DNA of 64,000 bases from Candidatus Sungbacteria bacterium RIFCSPLOWO2_01_FULL_47_32 (lineage in GTDB: Bacteria; Patescibacteriota; Minisyncoccia; Sungbacterales; GWA2-42-14), in NCBI GenBank assembly GCA_001820685.1, contig MHQP01000033.1:42-64041 (forward strand), given 5' to 3'. The first letter of the stretch is position 1; each line of letters opens with the position of its first letter. The translations under genes were made by a program, and so were the position numbers. Shown piece by piece: positions 19,027 through 27,590 of this stretch. The notes beneath the pieces are model-generated. The model worked only from the letters and a program-made list of their open reading frames with translations, had not been told where the DNA came from and made no database searches.

Positions 19027-20658
19027 TTACCAATATAGTTCCTGCACGGTTGTCGTTGTGTCTCCGGTAACAGAAAAAACGGGTTCACGAAAATTACTGC
19101 GCTCGCCTCCCACCTCCTGGTTTAAAAAATACTTCGAACTGGGAATAAAATTATACGACGATTTTCTGCCATAGTATATGTCTTCCTTATGTAGTGCCGC
19201 ACCAACCACATCGACAATACGCACACCGTTATCTGTAAGAACAAACGAGCGTTTGAAAGAAATGGATGACCGCCGGGCATCTGTAATCATCCCCTTGCGC
19301 AGTACTTTTTTTAAAAATTTTCGCAGTATACCGGATTGCCCGATGGTCAACTGAAACATCTTAAATAAAAGCATTATTGGCGTTTTCATCAAAGGTTCCG
19401 AAACGAACTTTAAAAAGCCGCTTGTAGAAAATTCTTTCGCTACCGCAGAAACACAGTGAATACCATTATTTTTATCAAGAACATTAGATGTATACGCGTG
19501 CCCCCGAGAAATGATATCTGCGCCTGAATCAAGGTATGTCTTTCCTGGTGCGTACACTCGAAACGCTCCGCCCTTATAAAGATTCGCTACAAAATAATAT
19601 ATCCCGCGGTCTACAACACGAATACCGGACATCGGAAAAAAAGTATCAACACGGCGCTCCGCAAGAAATCGACGAATCCGCCCGCCGTCACTGGGAACAT
19701 ATATAAGCCCCGCCTGTAACCAGTTATACAGGATATAGGCAAGGTAGCGGTCATCAAGGTTAGACGGTCCGATGCCGGACTGAAGAGCAAGTGAGTGAGC
19801 GCAAAATTCCGCAATAAGACGCATATTTTGGTCTTTATCGGAAAGCAGCACAAATCCGGAAGGTATGAGATACTCGGTATTGCGCGAGCCATACTCGCCG
19901 CCAACAGTATAATTGGGATGTAAAAAATTGGTTAAAAACGCCGATGATTTGCGAATTGCTTCAACAACTCTCTGATCATCATATTTTTGAGAGTATTTAG
20001 CGAGATAATCAATAGTGAGCGAAAGGTACCCAATATCGGGGCCGCCATATTCGCTCCACCACCCTTCCGACACCTGGGCATCCGTAAAACGCTTAGCTTT
20101 TTCAAAGGCGCTCATTCGATATCGTTCATCCCGGGTAAGCAGCCATACATTCACAAGAGCGAGCATACTTCCTGACTCCTGATTACGAACCAGTTCCTCG
20201 TCTAAGGAAGTCAGCCAGTCAGCAGCACGACACAATACATCAACTGCTTTTTTGTATCCTCGAATCTTTTGTTCTCCTAATACCAAAAGCGTCTCGGAAA
20301 GCGCCGCGGTCACAAAGGCAGTCGCCACAAAAGAACTTTCGTGGAGATACCACTCACTAAACGACCCGTCACGATCCTGCAGGGACAGAGAAAAACCAAT
20401 GGCAGCGTTTATCCATTCCAACACGCGCGAGTCCTGATAATATATATTTTCTTCAAAATCATTCGCATAAAGAAGTGCTAGGGTCAGTACTGCCTCCTGA
20501 TAGCGGGCGCAGCTTATATCAGCCGTACGATAATGCCAAAAGGCGCGATCGAACGATCCGTATGAATGGGAAGCCGGATTGCGGTTGAGAAGACCCAGAA
20601 GGCGCGGAACTTCGGCAAGGGCCGACTGCAAAAAAATATTTGAAGCTATTTTTGACAT
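19027..20658 (-). CDS. Hypothetical 543-aa protein, possibly an alpha/alpha-toroid plus beta-sandwich polysaccharide-modifying enzyme (heparinase II/III-like)
   Basis: The N-terminal ~300 aa are helix-rich with W/Y-rich repeats (SFSEWYLHESSF, EGWWSEYGGPDIGY), and the C-terminal ~200 aa are beta-rich. No confident family assignment. Confidence 0.45.
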   Translation of the reverse strand: MSKIASNIFLQSALAEVPRLLGLLNRNPASHSYGSFDRAFWHYRTADISCARYQEAVLTLALLYANDFEENIYYQDSRVLEWINAAIGFSLSLQDRDGSFSEWYLHESSFVATAFVTAALSETLLVLGEQKIRGYKKAVDVLCRAADWLTSLDEELVRNQESGSMLALVNVWLLTRDERYRMSAFEKAKRFTDAQVSEGWWSEYGGPDIGYLSLTIDYLAKYSQKYDDQRVVEAIRKSSAFLTNFLHPNYTVGGEYGSRNTEYLIPSGFVLLSDKDQNMRLIAEFCAHSLALQSGIGPSNLDDRYLAYILYNWLQAGLIYVPSDGGRIRRFLAERRVDTFFPMSGIRVVDRGIYYFVANLYKGGAFRVYAPGKTYLDSGADIISRGHAYTSNVLDKNNGIHCVSAVAKEFSTSGFLKFVSEPLMKTPIMLLFKMFQLTIGQSGILRKFLKKVLRKGMITDARRSSISFKRSFVLTDNGVRIVDVVGAALHKEDIYYGRKSSYNFIPSSKYFLNQEVGGERSNFREPVFSVTGDTTTTVQELYW

Positions 20659-22013
20659 CGAATGACAACAACAGAGCCAGCGCGGCCTACGCGCATGAAG
20701 CCCTGAAATGAAAAAAGGGCGGAAAGTAGCCGGCTTACGACGGTTAAACGAGTTTCCCGGTGCAGATAACTTGACCCTTCACTTTTACGATATTGAAGAA
20801 ACATTTGATACACTTGTTCATAAAACGGCGGTACCGGAAAATAGCCGGTCCAATCAATGCTGGTAAATCCTGCACGCCGAAGAAGGGTCAACGTATGCGA
20901 GACCCGAATCGGCTGATAAGGCCCAAAAAAGGCATACATACCGGTTTTGCGGACATCATTGCCGAACAGAATTTTCACAATAAAAAAGAATAGATTTAGA
21001 AAAGGATTCGATTTTCTGGAAAAAATGATAAATTCGCCACCCTGCTCAAGCGTCGCATACGCCTTTGAGAACATCTCGCTACGAAGCGGGGCAGGAAGTC
21101 GTTCCAGTTTATAAATCATGGTAATTGTTTGCACCGGCTGAGACGCAAGCGTCGAAGCCTGTTCATCATAAACGCTGAAGATATGCTGCCGTATCTTTTG
21201 CGGCACCTGTTGCTCCGCCGCCGCTTTGGTATACAGCGACGTTTCAGATAATAAATCAACCATCTGTACCGGCACATTTGGAAACTCACTCACATAGCTA
21301 CCGTCGTACGAACAGAGATCAAGAATAGAAGTTTTGACCGCGGCAAGAGTGTTTCGCACAAGCGCCCGTTCGTCGCGGCTCATGATATCCATCTCCTTGC
21401 CCAATGTCGTTTTTCGACAATAGTACCGCTGATGCATCCTTAATGTCTCAAGGGTCCAATCGTCTGGACCATAGGTAAATGGCGGACGCTTCCGCGTACC
21501 AAATACACCCCAATGCACCACCTCTTCAACCGGCCGTCTTGAAACAGGCTGCATTGCTTGAGCCCGCCCGTCTGGATATCCAAGAAGTACAAAACAGCAA
21601 ATCGTTTCACTTGCGGGAACTTGAAGCACCTTTTTTATCTGCGTATCAGCGCCGTAGCTGTTCATTGGCAAAGCGCCAAGACCAAAGTTCTCGGCCGCAA
21701 GCAGAATATGTCCGACAGCAAGCGCCCCTCCCTGAATAGCTTCCTTATAATTCCACCCGTCATACGTTACCACAATAATGGCGGGCGCCCGGCGGAGGTT
21801 TGTATTCGACGCCGCCTCTTTCACTAACCGTTCTTTAGTTTCATTATCAGTCACAACAATAAAATTCCACGCCTGTTGGTTGCAGTTCGTAGGCGCATAT
21901 GTTGCAAGTTCTAAAATTTTTTTAATAACTTCGGAATCAACGGGTCGCGCCTGAAAACTCCGTATACTTTTACGCCCTTTCAGAACATCAAGAAATGCTT
22001 TTGGGTCCGCCAT
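20646..22013 (-). CDS. Nitroreductase domain fused to a class-I methyltransferase-like domain
   Basis: N-terminal KSIRSFQARPVDSEVIKKILELATYAPTNCNQQAWNFIVV is the classic nitroreductase pattern. The C-terminal part has SILDLCSYDGSYV and LEQGGEFIIFS, which are methyltransferase-like motifs. Confidence 0.65.
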   Translation of the reverse strand: MADPKAFLDVLKGRKSIRSFQARPVDSEVIKKILELATYAPTNCNQQAWNFIVVTDNETKERLVKEAASNTNLRRAPAIIVVTYDGWNYKEAIQGGALAVGHILLAAENFGLGALPMNSYGADTQIKKVLQVPASETICCFVLLGYPDGRAQAMQPVSRRPVEEVVHWGVFGTRKRPPFTYGPDDWTLETLRMHQRYYCRKTTLGKEMDIMSRDERALVRNTLAAVKTSILDLCSYDGSYVSEFPNVPVQMVDLLSETSLYTKAAAEQQVPQKIRQHIFSVYDEQASTLASQPVQTITMIYKLERLPAPLRSEMFSKAYATLEQGGEFIIFSRKSNPFLNLFFFIVKILFGNDVRKTGMYAFFGPYQPIRVSHTLTLLRRAGFTSIDWTGYFPVPPFYEQVYQMFLQYRKSEGSSYLHRETRLTVVSRLLSALFSFQGFMRVGRAGSVVVIRCQK

Positions 22014-22015
22014 GA

Positions 22016-22945
22016 TTATAGGTTGGAGACACGCTCCCTAATTATGTAATTCCTCCGCTCATTACCATTTTTACGTACCACAAGATCTCCGATGAGCCCT
22101 AAAGAAAAAAACTGTATCCCGACAAAAACCAAAAGAACCCCGAGCGATAAAAGCGGGCGTGAGCCGATCGCAATGTGATACGCAAGCTTAACCCATGTCA
22201 GATAAAACAAAATAACAAACCCGGCAAAAAACGAGGTAAGTCCAAGGGGCCCGAAAAAGTGAAGAGGCCTGTCAATATATTTTCTAAGGAACATGACGGT
22301 AAGAAAATCGAAAAAACCGCTGAATACTCTGAAAAAACCGTATTTTGAATTCCCATGAAGACGCCTCCTGTGATTCACCGGAGTTTCGGCAACACGGAAA
22401 CCGTCGTATGCGGCGAGTGCGGGAATATAGCGGTGGAGATCCCCGTGAAGCTTGAGATTCTTTGCAAACTCCTTCGTGTACCCTTTGAATCCGCAATTCA
22501 TATCGTGAATTTCAACACCGGTGAAAAAGCGCGTAACGCCGTTTGCTATTTTGGAAAGAAAAATTTTCGACGGATCATCAAGCCGATTCACTTTCCATCC
22601 GCACACAAGGTCGGCCCCGGCATTCATGCTTTCCAAAAAACGCGGAATTTCCTTCGGATCATCCTGCAAATCGCCGTCAAGCGTAATGATGCGTTCTCCC
22701 CCCGCCTCTTCAAATCCTGCCATAAGCGCCTGGGACTTTCCAAAATTTCGTAAGAATGAAATTACCTTAACGCTTTTTAACTTTTTAAGTTCAGTGAACG
22801 TTCCGTCTTTTGAACCGTCATCAACGAAGATGATCTCAAATTCCTGATGCATATTTTTAAGAACACCTAAAAGCTCCCGGTGGAGTTCGGAAACGTTTTT
22901 TTCTTCATTATAGACCGGAATGACAACAGATATCATAGAAGCCAC
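22016..22945 (-). CDS. GT2 polyprenol-phosphate glycosyltransferase (GtrB/ArnC-like, with two C-terminal TM helices)
   Basis: ISVVIPVYNEEKNV...IIFVDDGSKDGT...ITLDGDLQDDP, plus C-terminal TM segments LGLTSFFAGFVILFYL and LLSLGVLLVFVGIQFFSLGLIG. Confidence 0.85.
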   Translation of the reverse strand: MASMISVVIPVYNEEKNVSELHRELLGVLKNMHQEFEIIFVDDGSKDGTFTELKKLKSVKVISFLRNFGKSQALMAGFEEAGGERIITLDGDLQDDPKEIPRFLESMNAGADLVCGWKVNRLDDPSKIFLSKIANGVTRFFTGVEIHDMNCGFKGYTKEFAKNLKLHGDLHRYIPALAAYDGFRVAETPVNHRRRLHGNSKYGFFRVFSGFFDFLTVMFLRKYIDRPLHFFGPLGLTSFFAGFVILFYLTWVKLAYHIAIGSRPLLSLGVLLVFVGIQFFSLGLIGDLVVRKNGNERRNYIIRERVSNL

Positions 22946-22967
22946 TATATCATATTTCCCTTAAAAA

Positions 22968-24167
22968 TCAATTCCGCGGTGCGCTCCCGCACGTCACAAG
23001 ACTCTGCCGAAACGACTCAAGATATTCGCTCTTTGAAGAGGCGAGAAGCGTTTTTGAAAGCTCTTTCGTGCGAAGGCGCATGAGATTGTAATTTTCAAAC
23101 TCGTAAAAAACTTTTATAAGAATATCGGCAAGATTGCGGGAATTTCCGACCGGAAAAATTCTTCCTGTCTCGTTGATGCGAATTGCTTCCCGCGCAATAC
23201 CCACATCCGCCGAAAAAACCGGAAGCCCGGAAGCGAGGGCCTCGAGAATAGTTCTTCCATACCCCTCATAGTTCGACGTAACAAGGAACATATCCGCGGT
23301 TTTGTAGTACGAAAGAAGAGTTTCGTAGGGCACCGCGTCCTCAAAAATAACCATCGGCCCGTCAAAAGGTTTTTCTTCGGTAGCATCGTCAAAGGAAACC
23401 GGCCTTTGAGGAGTTGTGCCGTAAAGATCTTTAAGCCTGTTTTTTTCAGGCCCATCGCCGACGACAAGCAGAAGAGTCCTAGGGAATTTTTTTATAACCT
23501 CGCGCATCGCAAGACACGCCATGTCGATGTTTTTTTCGGTTGTAACGCGGGACGCCATCAGAATGATGAAGTCATACGACGGATATTTGTCGTGCACTTT
23601 TGTACTTGGTACAGCGTTCCGAATTGCCTCGCCATCGACGAATATCGGAAGAACGGAAATGCGCCATTCATGGATGCGGAATTTTCCTTCAAGAGATGCT
23701 TTCAGGCGCTCGCTCACGACACGAACGCAATCGGCATGGCGCGCCGACCAGCGATACAGGCGGTAGCGCATGGAGTTTTTGAACGATTCTTTTTTGAAAT
23801 TCGGACTCAAAAAATCCGTATGTATCTGAACCTGGAGCGAAATTCCGGTAAACGCCCTTAACAAAAAACCGGCAATGTTCGTCATTGCATCCTGCGAGGT
23901 TATAACGGCGTCGTTTTTTTTATAGCCTCCCTCTTTTAGTATGCGTCTTCCGAGAGAAAAAGCTTTAAAAAAATATGAAAATTTTAATCCGGTGTTCGTC
24001 GGATATATCCGAACGTTTTGAGCAAGTTCTTCCTCGGCATACCCCGGGTGCGTGTAGACGATGACGCGAAGGTCGTCAAAAAGCGTTCCGTATTCCTTCA
24101 TGCGCTCCCGCACTTCCGACCCCTCTTCGAATATCAGAGGGTCAATGCTTAACATCAAAACTTTCAT
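22968..24167 (-). CDS. Glycosyltransferase family 4
   Basis: FLVTSNYEGYGRTILEALASGLPVFSADVGIAREAI is the E-X7-E core. Confidence 0.8.
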   Translation of the reverse strand: MKVLMLSIDPLIFEEGSEVRERMKEYGTLFDDLRVIVYTHPGYAEEELAQNVRIYPTNTGLKFSYFFKAFSLGRRILKEGGYKKNDAVITSQDAMTNIAGFLLRAFTGISLQVQIHTDFLSPNFKKESFKNSMRYRLYRWSARHADCVRVVSERLKASLEGKFRIHEWRISVLPIFVDGEAIRNAVPSTKVHDKYPSYDFIILMASRVTTEKNIDMACLAMREVIKKFPRTLLLVVGDGPEKNRLKDLYGTTPQRPVSFDDATEEKPFDGPMVIFEDAVPYETLLSYYKTADMFLVTSNYEGYGRTILEALASGLPVFSADVGIAREAIRINETGRIFPVGNSRNLADILIKVFYEFENYNLMRLRTKELSKTLLASSKSEYLESFRQSLVTCGSAPRN

Positions 24168-24180
24168 ATGAGTGTGTTCA

Positions 24181-24290
24181 CCCCGTTAGAAACTCGCTTC
24201 AAAAACTTGCCAGAGAGCGCCGAGCTATATATCAGCTTCGCAAACCTATGTTCGTTTTAGAGAACTTCGCCGGTAAGCTCCTAACGGGGA
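24181..24290. repeat. Palindromic intergenic element: CCCCGTTAG...(~90 nt)...CTAACGGGG, a member of the dispersed CCCNTTAGAAG box family
   Basis: Perfect 9-bp inverted arms at 24181-24189 and 24281-24289 in the 132-bp gap between two same-strand glycosylation genes. The CCCCGTTAGAA core is the same as the elements at 42.5, 47.2 and 49.6 kb. Confidence 0.5.
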
Positions 24291-24299
24291 TTAAAAAAA

Positions 24300-25043
24300 T
24301 TACTGCTGATGTTGTTCTCCCTCGGAAAAATGCTTGATTGCCTTGTTCCACCGCTCGAAGGTTCCGCAATCAAAAAAGAATCCCTCTCCCTTGAAACCGG
24401 TAAGAAGCCCGCGAGACGCAAGGTGCGGAAAAAGGTCGCGCTCTATCATAAGGAATTTTTCCTGCGTCGGAACATGCAGGAGTGCTTCCGGTGAAACAAC
24501 ATACAATCCGGACGATACAAATGACGTAGGAGGATCTTTTGGCTTCTCGAGAAACATTGCGATCTTTGGCCCCTTCATTACGGCAACCCCGTAGTCAGAC
24601 GGATTTTCTACGGATACAAGGGCCACAGTCGCAAGCCCTCCGTTCGTTTTATGGAATTCAAAAAGTTTTTTCAAGTCAACCCGTTTCACTTCATCGGCAT
24701 TCGTAACAAATACCGGCTCTTTGCCAATCCATTCTTTCAGGTTATGGAAAACGTAGCCGAGAGTTCCCATCGGTTCCGGCTCGATGTCAAAAGAAATTGA
24801 AATATTCCCAAGCCCCGCCTCAAAACGCTTCCGCCACCACGAAAAGTCCTCGTAGTCGGCTTCCCTGATGACTACTTTAATATCGGTAACGCCGTGCTCC
24901 CGGAAAAGCTCAATGAGATAATTCAAAATCGGCTTTTTCTTCACGCTCAAAAGAGGCTTTGGCGTTTCAAGCGTTACCGGATACAGCCGGGTTCCTTTCC
25001 CGCCTGCAATTATGATAGCTTTTTTAGGGGTTTTTGCTCCCAT
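24300..25043 (-). CDS. Sugar-phosphate nucleotidyltransferase (NDP-sugar pyrophosphorylase)
   Basis: KAIIIAGGKGTRLYPVTLETPKPLL is the NTP_transferase G-x-G-T-R motif. Confidence 0.75.
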   Translation of the reverse strand: MGAKTPKKAIIIAGGKGTRLYPVTLETPKPLLSVKKKPILNYLIELFREHGVTDIKVVIREADYEDFSWWRKRFEAGLGNISISFDIEPEPMGTLGYVFHNLKEWIGKEPVFVTNADEVKRVDLKKLFEFHKTNGGLATVALVSVENPSDYGVAVMKGPKIAMFLEKPKDPPTSFVSSGLYVVSPEALLHVPTQEKFLMIERDLFPHLASRGLLTGFKGEGFFFDCGTFERWNKAIKHFSEGEQHQQ

Positions 25044-27435
25044 GTTTCTTTGCCGAATAATTCTCAAAAAGGCCGATAAGTCCTTTCATCATGCGCTCTT
25101 TTGAGAACTCACGGGCGCGCTCTTTTCCATGCTCCCTTAGCTTTTTATATACTCCTGCGTCCGAAAAAATCAACCGCACCGCGTCCCGTATCGCCCGCGA
25201 ATCGTTGAAGGGCACAAGGATGCCGTTCTCCATGTCCGTAATGATCTCCGGGTTCCCGCCGACATCCGTCGTGATAACGGGAATTCCCGCGCTTTGCGCC
25301 TCGATTATCTGGTGCGAAAATCCTTCATAGCTCGTATTCAAAATAAAAACATCGGAAGCTTTCAGATATTTCATAATATCGGCCTTCGAACGCTTCCCGA
25401 TTATTGTTACGGCATTCTCCGCTTCCCGCTCTATGATGGCGCGCTGGAGGCGGAAGTAGTCGGGGCCGTCGCCGACGATAATAACATGCGCCCAGTTGTA
25501 TGTTTTTGTAAGGTCGGAAGCAAGATAAATGAGCGTTTCAAACCCCTTCCACAAAACGAGTCTTCCAATGGAAAGAATTATCTTTTCTTCCTCCGGGATG
25601 CCGAGCTCACGCCGTATCTCTTCTTTTGACTCGGGTATGTCAACCGGTTCAACCGCGTTAAAAATGACGGAAATATTTTCATCCGGAATACGCCACCCGG
25701 AAACGATGCGCTTCAAATACTGCGACGGAACAAGAACGCGGTCCGCGTTTCCGCACACGTGTGCCTCAACAAAGCGGAGTAGCTCGACCAAAAACCGGTA
25801 GTGGCGTATCTGGAACACGTCAATCGCGTCTTCAACGCCGAAACGCGTAACCCCCTGTTCCCACGCATAGTCTCCCGTTACTTTGACGATATATTTTTTC
25901 CTTAGGATACGCGCGGCGCACAGCGCGGGGAATCCCGCCGAAACAGGGTCCTGGGCAAAAAAGATATCGCAGTGCAGTCCCGCCGTGACACACTTCAGAA
26001 AATAAAGAAAATGACGGATGCCTTTCGGAATTTTCCGTGAAATGAAATATGTCCGGTATCGGATTTTGCGGATACCGCCGTCTTTTGCGTCGCCCCAAAG
26101 TACCTCCGCATCGCGATAGGAAATAAGGCGCACAAAGAAACGCCGCCGCTCAAGTTCTCCTGCCACAAGCCGTGAGTACGTCGCGGGGCCTCCGATATCA
26201 GGCGGAAATATGCCGGTTACGACAAGGACGCGCGGCTTTGCGCTTTTCTCAAGTTCCGCTGAAAATATTTTCAAAAGACTCTTTGAAATGGCTTCCCAGT
26301 CATAGCGCGCCGTTGCCAGTTTCTTTGCTTCGTTCACGAGGAGAGTTTTCAGAGATTCATCCGTAAAGACTTTCAGTATCTTTTGAGCGAGGTCTTCGGG
26401 ATCGTCAACGCTCGTAAAAAGACCTGTTACTCCGTCCTTTAGAAAATCGGGAATGCCGCCGACAGGAGTCCCGATAATGGGAACACCAGCCGCCATTGCC
26501 TCAATAAAAGAATTTCCGAGGCCCTCCGAGCGCGAAGGCCGCACAAAGACATTCGCTATTTTAAGATAGTCCGGCAAATGTTCGTGCGAAACGGAGCCGG
26601 CAAATATGACATCATCAAGCACTCCGAGAGCCTTGGCAAGGCTTTTTATTGCCTGTGCTTCCTGGCCGGAACCAAGCACCAAAAATTTCAGGTTAAGCTC
26701 CGGGTTTGCTTTTTTTATCAGAGCAAGAGCCGCAACGATGGTGTCAATTCCGTTCTTTAACACAAGGCGCGAAGCGGTAATAATAATCTTCTCAAAACCC
26801 CTAAGTCCGAGCCTCCGCAAAATCTCTTCGGAGCGTTCTGCCGACGTCGAACGCGCAAAGTTTTTAAGGTCTACTCCGTTCGGAACAACCTCCCCCGGCC
26901 CTTTATAGTTTAAACGATACGCAAGGTCCAAAAGATACGCCGAAATGGCAGTCACATAGTCGCATTGTTTTAAGGCATATCTGAAACCGAGGATATGAAC
27001 AAGTCCGAGACGAGATTTTCGAAGATGCTCTTCGGTATCCCCCTCCTGAAGGGTCAGAATGTATGGGACGCGCGGAAAGAAAAACTTCAACGTGCTTGCC
27101 GCGATGGAACCGTAGGACGCCATGACCACCCAGAATATCTTCTTTCGGCCTTTGAAGCGGCGCCATAAAAAAAGAACGGCAAAAAAAGCCGTGAACGGAA
27201 GGAGGAACTTATCCCATGCTTTCCCGAGCCCGAGGCGCATGATGGTAATATTTTCCTTCGTTTCTTTTTTTGGAAGTTCGGGCGCGAAACGGCTTGTCAG
27301 GACAACAAAATCAAACTCTCCGCCAAGGCGTTTTGCGTTTTCGTGAATTGCAATTTCGGCTCCCCCAATGAACGGATCGTAAGCCGTTGTGAACACGAAA
27401 ATAACCGATTTTCCTGTAGTATTTTCCAAAGCCAA
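25024..27435 (-). CDS. Tandem double glycosyltransferase (GT4-GT4 fusion, 803 aa)
   Basis: Two complete GT4 units. The first ends RPSRSEGLGNSFIEAMAAGVPIIGTPVGGIPD and the second ends NTSYEGFSHQIIEAQSAGIPVITTDVGGNPE. Each is preceded by its own GT4 N-domain (IGGAEIAIHE and DIGGPATYSRL). Confidence 0.8.
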   Translation of the reverse strand: MALENTTGKSVIFVFTTAYDPFIGGAEIAIHENAKRLGGEFDFVVLTSRFAPELPKKETKENITIMRLGLGKAWDKFLLPFTAFFAVLFLWRRFKGRKKIFWVVMASYGSIAASTLKFFFPRVPYILTLQEGDTEEHLRKSRLGLVHILGFRYALKQCDYVTAISAYLLDLAYRLNYKGPGEVVPNGVDLKNFARSTSAERSEEILRRLGLRGFEKIIITASRLVLKNGIDTIVAALALIKKANPELNLKFLVLGSGQEAQAIKSLAKALGVLDDVIFAGSVSHEHLPDYLKIANVFVRPSRSEGLGNSFIEAMAAGVPIIGTPVGGIPDFLKDGVTGLFTSVDDPEDLAQKILKVFTDESLKTLLVNEAKKLATARYDWEAISKSLLKIFSAELEKSAKPRVLVVTGIFPPDIGGPATYSRLVAGELERRRFFVRLISYRDAEVLWGDAKDGGIRKIRYRTYFISRKIPKGIRHFLYFLKCVTAGLHCDIFFAQDPVSAGFPALCAARILRKKYIVKVTGDYAWEQGVTRFGVEDAIDVFQIRHYRFLVELLRFVEAHVCGNADRVLVPSQYLKRIVSGWRIPDENISVIFNAVEPVDIPESKEEIRRELGIPEEEKIILSIGRLVLWKGFETLIYLASDLTKTYNWAHVIIVGDGPDYFRLQRAIIEREAENAVTIIGKRSKADIMKYLKASDVFILNTSYEGFSHQIIEAQSAGIPVITTDVGGNPEIITDMENGILVPFNDSRAIRDAVRLIFSDAGVYKKLREHGKERAREFSKERMMKGLIGLFENYSAKKHGSKNP

Positions 27436-27551
27436 CAGGTGAATAGTATCACAAACATAGCGCTTTTTAAAGAAGACGGAAAATATTTTGCCAGATACAT
27501 ATTAAAAAACGCCGCAGTATGCGCGGCGTCAAATCAGCTATCCTATAGCAT

Positions 27552-27588
27552 AAAAAAAAACCGCAAGGAAAGATTTGGTTTCCTGCGG
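27552..27588 (-). terminator. Rho-independent terminator directly after the stop of the P-loop-CYTH gene
   Basis: On the minus strand CCGCAGGAAACCAAATCTTTCCTTGCGG is followed by T9. Confidence 0.6.
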
Positions 27589-27590
27589 CG

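Noticed and set aside
363-27435. Numerous 60-170-aa antisense ORFs inside the large glycosylation genes (for example 563..811, 4206..4715, 9430..9903, 23406..23861)
   Set aside because: They lie entirely within longer, domain-supported minus-strand genes and are typical spurious antisense frames.
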